Shown here: positions 35,729 to 41,317 of the stretch, piece after piece
How positions within the stretch are numbered: the first letter of the stretch is position 1
Layout: every line of letters starts with the position of its first letter
IMG/VR virus record: IMGVR_UViG_3300049164_000142
Coordinates: 1-41,317 of that record
DNA: 41,317 bases
Strand: one strand, 5' to 3'
Source of the DNA: a virus
Taxonomy: Duplodnaviria > Caudoviricetes
Made by a program: the position numbers and the translations under genes
Notes under the pieces: model-generated
What the model saw: the letters and a program-made list of their open reading frames with translations, nothing else
Databases searched by the model: none
What the model was told of the DNA's origin: nothing

Positions 35729-36213
35729 CCACCCTCGCCATCTGCCTGACCGTCTATGGTCTGCCCGCGCCGCAGGGCTCGAAGCGCTCGTACGGGCCCG
35801 GCCGCATGGTCGAGTCGTCGAAGAACGTGAAGCCGTGGCGCGAGGCCGTGAAGACGGCAGCCCGCGACGCGATCGGCCACGACACCGCCTGGGTCCGCCT
35901 CGACGGACCGGTGTCCCTGGACGTCGCCTTCTACTTCGACCGGGCCAAGCACCACTTCGGCACCGGCCGCAACGCGGGCCTGCTCAAGCCGTCCGCCCCG
36001 GCCTGGCCCACCTCGCCCCCGGACCTGTCCAAGCTCATCCGCTCCACCGAAGACGCCCTGACCGACGCGGGTGTGTGGCGGGACGACAGCCGCGTGGCCA
36101 CGGTCCGGGCCGCGAAGCGGTTCGTCGACGACGGCGCCGGAACCCTCAGCACGCCCGGCGCGGTGATCCGCATCTGGCGCCTGACCGACCAGACCAAGGA
36201 GAGCTGGCAGTGA
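35725..36213 (+). CDS. rusA: RusA-family Holliday junction resolvase
   Basis: PAPQGSK, PPDLSKLIRSTEDALT, WRDDSRV. Confidence 0.92.
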   Translation: MTTLAICLTVYGLPAPQGSKRSYGPGRMVESSKNVKPWREAVKTAARDAIGHDTAWVRLDGPVSLDVAFYFDRAKHHFGTGRNAGLLKPSAPAWPTSPPDLSKLIRSTEDALTDAGVWRDDSRVATVRAAKRFVDDGAGTLSTPGAVIRIWRLTDQTKESWQ

Positions 36214-36719
36214 CCCAGTTGAAGTTCGACGCCAAGGTGAGCGCGTCGGCACAGGAAGCCCTCGAGGCGCACGTACGGCCCGTGTACGACGTGCCCGCCG
36301 CCCGACGGCTGTTCATCGGCGAGTTCGCACACACCGAGCGCACCCAGCCGGCCCCCGGCTCCGAGAAAGAGCCGACGGTCAAGGTCCGCATCACGAGCCT
36401 CGAGGTGCCGAACCAGGAGCAGGAAGGCTACGTCCGCGAGGCGCTGCGCTTCCTGCACCTTCAGCGCACCGCACGCGGAACGCTCGACGACGACGGCCAA
36501 CTCGAGCTGGACGAGCAGACGCTGCGCCTGACCGGCGGGCAGCTCGCGTACATCGAGACCGCTCGCCTGCGGGCCGCGCTCCAGCACTGGAACAGCTACG
36601 CCCGCAGGGTCCTCCACACGCCGAACCTCACCGTCACCGAGGCCCTGCACGAGCTGAAGACCGTCGCTGACGGGCTCACCGCGGCGCTGGACGGCGCGCG
36701 CGACGACGACCGCGACTGA
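36210..36719 (+). CDS. Hypothetical protein
   Basis: AAGGAG RBS; GTGA overlap. Confidence 0.75.
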   Translation: MTQLKFDAKVSASAQEALEAHVRPVYDVPAARRLFIGEFAHTERTQPAPGSEKEPTVKVRITSLEVPNQEQEGYVREALRFLHLQRTARGTLDDDGQLELDEQTLRLTGGQLAYIETARLRAALQHWNSYARRVLHTPNLTVTEALHELKTVADGLTAALDGARDDDRD

Positions 36720-36749
36720 CCTGCATGTGACTCGCATGTGACCTGCATG
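36717..36749. repeat. 3 x 11-bp direct repeat upstream of the replication gene
   Basis: TGACCTGCATG TGACTCGCATG TGACCTGCATG. Confidence 0.85.
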
Positions 36750-36795
36750 ACGCTCCCCTGACCGCTCCACAGCGCCCACGAAGGAGGTGATCACC

Positions 36796-38031
36796 GTGTC
36801 TCGACCGCAGCGTGTCCGCGTGCCCTGGCGGGTGGTCACCTCCTGCCACTACGGCGACGCCGCCCTGGCCGTGTACGTGAAGATCGCGGCGCTCGGGCAG
36901 CGGCCGGAGGGCTGCACCGCCGGCGTCTCCTACCTGTCCGGCCTGCTGGGCGTATCCCGCTCGAGCGTGGAGCGATCGCTGACACAGCTCATGCGGCCGG
37001 CTCCGGACGACGACGTCGTGGAGGTCACCTCGTACCGGCGCACGATGCCGGGTGGCCGTGGCACCACCGCGGTGCGCCGGGTGCGCAAGCCGGGCCGGGC
37101 CGAGCTTGGGGCGTGGGTGCCGACCCGGGCGGCGGAGGCCCTGTCGCCGCGGCAGCTGCGGGCGTACGCCGCCCTGTCCTACGCCATGGCGACCGGGCAC
37201 CGGCTGACGCTCTCCGAGATCGGCACGGTGCTGCGGCACCGCACCGGGAAGCGGGCCGGGCAGCCGCTCGACAGCCGCTCCGTACGGCGCATCCTCCGCA
37301 GCCTCGCCGATCTCGGCTGGATCACCGTGGAGCAGCGCGCCGGCTACCGCGGCCGCCACGTCTACACCGTCCACGACGAGCCGTCGCAGCTGACACTGAC
37401 TGCGGATCTTGATGAGGGATCGGGTGCGGATCTTGAAGACGGGTCCCTCGCGATAGAGGAAGACCCGCAGATTGACTCACCTGATGACGAGCGGGCCGGT
37501 GGTTCCATCCGCCGGAGGCGAGAGCAGGTAGTAGCGGGGGACGCTGTGGAAAACCCGCCGCCCCTCGCGGTCAAGAGCCCGTACACGGGGCCTGAACTGA
37601 GTCTCGCTCCGCGGATCTGGCGAGTCCTCGAGCCGGTTCACTGCCTGCTGGCCGGGCTGTCGCCGTACATCGTGCGCAGCCTGGCGCGGGAGGCCGGACG
37701 GCAGCTGGACGCCGGGGTGGAGCCGGAGCGGCTGCGGCAACGCCTTGAGTTCCGGTACGCCTCCACCGACGACATCCGTGACCCGGGCCGCTGGCTGCTC
37801 GGTGCCGCGATCGTCCGCCACGGCTGCGGCCTCATCGCCTGCGAGTCCGGCCGGATCTGGCGCACCGGCGAACGCTGCCAGGTGTGTGCCGACCTCCGCG
37901 CGGGCGGCAGACCGCCTGCCCGGCCGCCCGGGCAACCACGGCCGCCGTACCCGGGCCCGCCCTACCCAGGGCCGCCGCGGGCCACCTGGTGCAGCTGCCC
38001 AGAGTGCGTCCCAGCCGGGAGCTCGTCATGA
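36796..38031 (+). CDS. Putative replication initiator: two winged-HTH-like segments and a C-terminal Cys cluster
   Basis: AAGGAGG RBS; LSGLLGVSRSSVERSLTQL, SVRRILRSLADLGWI; CGLIAC...CQVC; internal direct repeats. Confidence 0.65.
   Translation: MSRPQRVRVPWRVVTSCHYGDAALAVYVKIAALGQRPEGCTAGVSYLSGLLGVSRSSVERSLTQLMRPAPDDDVVEVTSYRRTMPGGRGTTAVRRVRKPGRAELGAWVPTRAAEALSPRQLRAYAALSYAMATGHRLTLSEIGTVLRHRTGKRAGQPLDSRSVRRILRSLADLGWITVEQRAGYRGRHVYTVHDEPSQLTLTADLDEGSGADLEDGSLAIEEDPQIDSPDDERAGGSIRRRREQVVAGDAVENPPPLAVKSPYTGPELSLAPRIWRVLEPVHCLLAGLSPYIVRSLAREAGRQLDAGVEPERLRQRLEFRYASTDDIRDPGRWLLGAAIVRHGCGLIACESGRIWRTGERCQVCADLRAGGRPPARPPGQPRPPYPGPPYPGPPRATWCSCPECVPAGSSS
37401..37445. repeat. 2 x 21-bp direct repeat inside the initiator gene (iteron-like)
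   Basis: TGCGGATCTTGATGAGGGATC and TGCGGATCTTGAAGACGGGTC, 24-bp period. Confidence 0.7.
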
Positions 38032-38354
38032 ACCACCCGAGACCGTCCCCGCCGCCGAACGTGCCGCAGCCGGCCTCCGCCGAACTGCTCGCCCTGGCCG
38101 CCAAGGCCCGGCCCGACTGGGACCCCAACGCCCTCCGAGACTGCCTCGCTCACGCCCGCTACCAGGGCATGACGTGGGGCCAGGTCCTCGCCGCCGTCGG
38201 CCGCCTCATGGCCGACCCGGTCGCCGAACCGGCGGACCTGCTTCCCGCCGCACCCGAGCCGTGGAGGCAGCGCCGCCCGGTTCCCCAGCCCGACACCGCA
38301 CACCGCGGGGCCGCCGCCGTACGCGCCGCCCTGCACACCAACCCCAACGACTGA
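38028..38354 (+). CDS. Hypothetical protein
   Basis: ATGA overlap; ARPDWD motif. Confidence 0.7.
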   Translation: MNHPRPSPPPNVPQPASAELLALAAKARPDWDPNALRDCLAHARYQGMTWGQVLAAVGRLMADPVAEPADLLPAAPEPWRQRRPVPQPDTAHRGAAAVRAALHTNPND

Positions 38355-38362
38355 GGGAGATG

Positions 38363-38791
38363 ATGGCGATGGTTGCAACGACGCACCACGTCGCCGGTAC
38401 CACCTCGCACCACCTGCTCACCACCATCCGCACCGGCCTGACCACCTGGACGCTGCGACACTCGCGCCGCGCCCAGGCCGTCTACTTCGAGCGGCTCCGC
38501 ACGTCGCTGCCCGTCCTAAACCCGGACCGGCACGCGCTCGAGAGCTGCGCCGTGGAGGCCGCGTTCGCCCGCCTGGCGATCGCCCACCCCGACAAGGTCA
38601 CCCCCGCCGACGGCGGCCAGGCCGCCCGCAGCATCGACCGCGAGCAGCAGCTGCTCGCCGCCTGCGACGCCTGGTTCCGCGAGGCCCACGGTCCCGAGCG
38701 CTCATGGCCTCCGGCCACCATCGCCGCGTACAACCGTCTGCTCGAGGACGTCCACGCCGTCTGCCTGCGGAACCGCGGAGGCGCATCATGA
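38363..38791 (+). CDS. Hypothetical protein (start 38360, 38363 or 38369)
   Basis: GAGGGAG RBS; coupled to the next gene. Confidence 0.65.
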   Translation: MAMVATTHHVAGTTSHHLLTTIRTGLTTWTLRHSRRAQAVYFERLRTSLPVLNPDRHALESCAVEAAFARLAIAHPDKVTPADGGQAARSIDREQQLLAACDAWFREAHGPERSWPPATIAAYNRLLEDVHAVCLRNRGGAS

Positions 38792-39126
38792 CCGCCCCCG
38801 CCCGGCCGCGTATCGAGCAGGCCGCCCCGGAGCTGCGGCTGCTGCTCCGCACCCGCCTCCACGCCGCCGCCGGCGCGCCCGTCACCGAAGTGCGCGTCAC
38901 TCACCACCGGCGCGCCGACGCCCGCCTGTACTGCGTGATGGCGCTCGGCACCGGCCGCCGGGAGATCCCGCTGCCGAAGGGCGCGGCGAAGGAGATCAGC
39001 GACGTGCTGCGGTCCGCGTTCCCCGCCGCCCGCTGGGGCCGCGCCCAGGACTACGACGTCACCACCGGCGTCCTGACCGAGCACGTCACGCCGATGCCGT
39101 CCTGCCTCCGAGGCGGTGCCCGATGA
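38788..39126 (+). CDS. Hypothetical protein
   Basis: GGAGG RBS; ATGA overlap; AFPAARWGRAQDYDVTTG. Confidence 0.7.
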   Translation: MTAPARPRIEQAAPELRLLLRTRLHAAAGAPVTEVRVTHHRRADARLYCVMALGTGRREIPLPKGAAKEISDVLRSAFPAARWGRAQDYDVTTGVLTEHVTPMPSCLRGGAR

Positions 39127-39848
39127 GCCCCTGGAAGACGGACCGGCCGCGCGCCGACCACTACGACACTGCGGCCCGCGCGAAGGCCGCGCCGGGCGAC
39201 TGGGTGCTCGCCACCACGTACGCCGGCCGCAACACGGCCGACTCGATCGCCCGGTTCGTACGGACCGGCGGGGGTCGGATCGCCCACGCGTACCGGCCCG
39301 CCGGCCGGTTCGAGACCAAGCAGGAGACGGTCGACGACGGCACCGAGCTGTGGGTGCGCTACCTGCCCACCACGGTGGACGCCCTGCGGGCCGGGCTGCG
39401 CTGGCTGTACGGCACGGAGCAGCCCGATGGAGCGATCGTGCACCACCGTGGCCCGGCGATCCCTGCGACTGGGAACCGCTGGTACGGCGTCTGTCCCGTA
39501 GGGGCGACTGGGCGCCCGGTGATCTCCGTCGATGTCGCCCGGGTCGAGTGGGTGGACCGCGGCGTGGAACGCGTGCCGGTCAACCCGCTCGAGCCCGGTG
39601 AGCTGGACCACCTGAAGTCCGTGCTCGCCGACTTGGGCGCAACCGTGCACAGCACCTGGAACGGGCATCCGTCGACGAACGGAAGCCTCGAGCTCGCCGA
39701 ACCCGCCCACCCCACGTTGCTCGCCGCTGTCGAGCGCTACGGCCAGGGCTGCCTCGAGCACCCGCACCGCTCCGTGTTCTGCGCCTGCGACGCCTGGAAC
39801 AACGGCCGCGACCTGGCCGTGAAGCCCGACCTCGCCGGAGGTGCGTGA
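39123..39848 (+). CDS. Hypothetical two-domain protein
   Basis: ATGA overlap; YRPAGRFET N-domain; C-terminal CLEH...CAC. Confidence 0.7.
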   Translation: MSPWKTDRPRADHYDTAARAKAAPGDWVLATTYAGRNTADSIARFVRTGGGRIAHAYRPAGRFETKQETVDDGTELWVRYLPTTVDALRAGLRWLYGTEQPDGAIVHHRGPAIPATGNRWYGVCPVGATGRPVISVDVARVEWVDRGVERVPVNPLEPGELDHLKSVLADLGATVHSTWNGHPSTNGSLELAEPAHPTLLAAVERYGQGCLEHPHRSVFCACDAWNNGRDLAVKPDLAGGA

Positions 39849-40063
39849 TGGCCGCCCGCATAGAGCGCCTGGACGTGCCACTGCACCGTCTCGAGGCGGA
39901 CGTACGGGCGCTGGTCGTCCGCCAGCGCCAGCAGGCCGCCGCTGAGCAGGACCGCGCTGCCGCCGACTTCCGCGCCTCGATGGCCGCCGGCTTCACCGAG
40001 TCCTTCGCCGACTACTGCCGCCGCACCGACGCGGCCAACACCCCAGCAGGGAGCACGTCATGA
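39848..40063 (+). CDS. Hypothetical protein
   Basis: GGAGG RBS; TGATG coupling. Confidence 0.65.
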   Translation: MAARIERLDVPLHRLEADVRALVVRQRQQAAAEQDRAAADFRASMAAGFTESFADYCRRTDAANTPAGSTS

Positions 40064-40191
40064 ACGACGTCGACGACTGTTACGCCGAATTCATCGACGG
40101 CTCGTGGACCAACTGCGGCTGCGACGACTGCGAGCAGCGCGCAGCCGACGAGGACCAGGACGAGGCGCTGCTCGAGATGGGGTGGGTGTGA
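40060..40191 (+). CDS. 43-aa acidic Cys-rich microprotein (absent from the ORF track)
   Basis: MNDVDDCYAEFIDGSWTNCGCDDCEQRAADEDQDEALLEMGWV; GGGAG RBS; coupled on both sides. Confidence 0.75.
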   Translation: MNDVDDCYAEFIDGSWTNCGCDDCEQRAADEDQDEALLEMGWV

Positions 40192-40439
40192 TGTCTGCCT
40201 CCACCGGACCCGAGCACTACCAGGAGGCGGAGGTGCTTCTCGCCCGAGCCCACAACCACGGCCACCAGTACACCGCGAACATCATCGCTGCCGCACAGGT
40301 CCACGCCACGCTCGCCCTCGCCGCGGCGACGGCGATGCAGGCCGCGGTCGACGGCTCGGAGCCCGGCATGTCCCCCCAGGAGTTCACTGCCTGGTACGCC
40401 GCCTGCGGCACCACGCAGCGGAAGGACGGTGCGTCGTGA
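40191..40439 (+). CDS. Hypothetical protein
   Basis: TGPEHYQEAEVLL...AQVHATLALAAATA pattern. Confidence 0.75.
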   Translation: MSASTGPEHYQEAEVLLARAHNHGHQYTANIIAAAQVHATLALAAATAMQAAVDGSEPGMSPQEFTAWYAACGTTQRKDGAS

Positions 40440-40729
40440 GCCCGATACCACAGGTGCCGCCGGGCGGAGCGCCGGACGTCGACCCGGTGAGCTGGGTGCG
40501 GCCGCCGCTGCCGGAGGACGTGCGGCTGCGTGCCGAGAACCGGTTGCTCCGCGAGCAGGTCGACAAGCTGACGAATCAGCTCGAGGCACTCCAGTCGGCG
40601 AATGAGGGCTGGTACCGGCTCGACCACGAGCGCACGGGCGGTTCCCGCTTCGACCGTAAGCAGACGTTTCCGTCGCACCCGAACAGCCCGGGCCCGACCA
40701 CCAAGTGGTTCGCCAAGGACGACGCATGA
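40436..40729 (+). CDS. Hypothetical coiled-coil protein
   Basis: GTGA overlap; LEALQSANEG. Confidence 0.7.
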   Translation: MSPIPQVPPGGAPDVDPVSWVRPPLPEDVRLRAENRLLREQVDKLTNQLEALQSANEGWYRLDHERTGGSRFDRKQTFPSHPNSPGPTTKWFAKDDA

Positions 40730-40848
40730 CCGGCCGCGAGATCACCGGCACCGTGATCGGACTCGTGTTCGCCGCCATCGCGGTGTGGCCGTCGATCCGG
40801 CCCCGCATCAAGCCCACCCACCGCCCCGGGAAAGGGGATCCGAAATGA
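40726..40848 (+). CDS. 40-aa single-TM microprotein (absent from the ORF track)
   Basis: MTGREITGTVIGLVFAAIAVWPSIRPRIKPTHRPGKGDPK; ATGA overlaps on both ends. Confidence 0.7.
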   Translation: MTGREITGTVIGLVFAAIAVWPSIRPRIKPTHRPGKGDPK

Positions 40849-41255
40849 AGTTCCGCCTGCCCCGGGGCACCGGCGCCCATCGCTCCGCCAGCCCTCGCCA
40901 ACTGCGCGCGGAGAACCGCGAGCTGCGGGCCCGCCAGGCCGCGGCGGACGACTTCTTCGCCCGGCTCATCGAGGACCGCGACGCCGTCCACGCCGCATAC
41001 GAGACCGCGAAGCAGCGGTATGTCGAAGCGGAGCTCGTGGTCGTGTGCCAGCAGCACGAGCTCGGGTTGCTCGAGGCGCAGGTGACCGCGCTCGAGTCGG
41101 ACCTCGCGAACCTGCGCGCCGTCTCCGCACCGGCCGGTACGCGCGACGTCGACCCGGACGACCAGCCGACCGAACCCACCGGCACCCCCGTGAAGACCCT
41201 GCACGAGGCGCTCGCCCTCGCAGGCACGAAGGCCCTCGCCGTCCGCCTCCCCTGA
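40845..41255 (+). CDS. Hypothetical coiled-coil protein
   Basis: AAAGGGG upstream; ADDFFARL, PDDQPTEP. Confidence 0.7.
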   Translation: MKFRLPRGTGAHRSASPRQLRAENRELRARQAAADDFFARLIEDRDAVHAAYETAKQRYVEAELVVVCQQHELGLLEAQVTALESDLANLRAVSAPAGTRDVDPDDQPTEPTGTPVKTLHEALALAGTKALAVRLP

Positions 41256-41258
41256 ACC

Positions 41259-41299
41259 GCCCGGCCGCCGGAACGCCCCCCAGCCCCCGGCGGCCGGGC
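41259..41299 (+). terminator. Intergenic stem-loop
   Basis: 13-bp perfect stem GCCCGGCCGCCGG / CCGGCGGCCGGGC; followed by AAGGAG for a gene beyond the window. Confidence 0.55.
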
Positions 41300-41317
41300 A
41301 CCCACCCCAAGGAGAAC

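Noticed and set aside
37942-37977. PPYPG repeated twice in the initiator C-terminus
   Set aside because: Short low-complexity duplication with no further structure.
1-41317. tRNA, rRNA, IS, intron, reverse transcriptase or in-frame TTA (bldA) control
   Set aside because: None recognised by eye; spot checks of accessory genes found no in-frame TTA. tRNAscan and a codon count would be needed to be sure.

Overview
High-GC temperate siphophage, most likely from Streptomyces or a related actinomycete (host inferred from GC content and gene families). It reads in virion/attP order and continues past the right edge, which ends on an RBS. Modules: packaging and head (177-7540), neck and tail (7554-19137), lysis (19197-21101), a ~6 kb accessory block (21193-27433), a large serine integrase with repressor/Cro switch (27791-31115), and early genes for recombination and replication (YqaJ, RecT, RusA, HTH initiator; 31115-41255). 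Three things stand out. (1) The accessory block looks like a phage-borne RiPP-type modification cassette: HAD, XRE/helical-repeat regulator, Cys microprotein, DUF6415-like protein, a triple-hairpin leader, a radical SAM enzyme and a PIMT-like methyltransferase. No free precursor gene is evident, but the radical SAM protein ends in an 8-residue-periodic Cys-x-Pro tail (CTPDDSSD-CNPASTPA-CNPKH) that may be a fused substrate. (2) A 62-aa Prp-type cysteine protease sits between the scaffold and capsid genes, whose N-termini share W-F-x-[IL]-x-R-H-D, a probable cleavage motif. (3) A tandem, in-frame pair of three-way-junction structures with compensatory base changes in all three stems lies at the 5' end of the YqaJ gene. 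All family calls come from motif recognition by eye; no searches were run.
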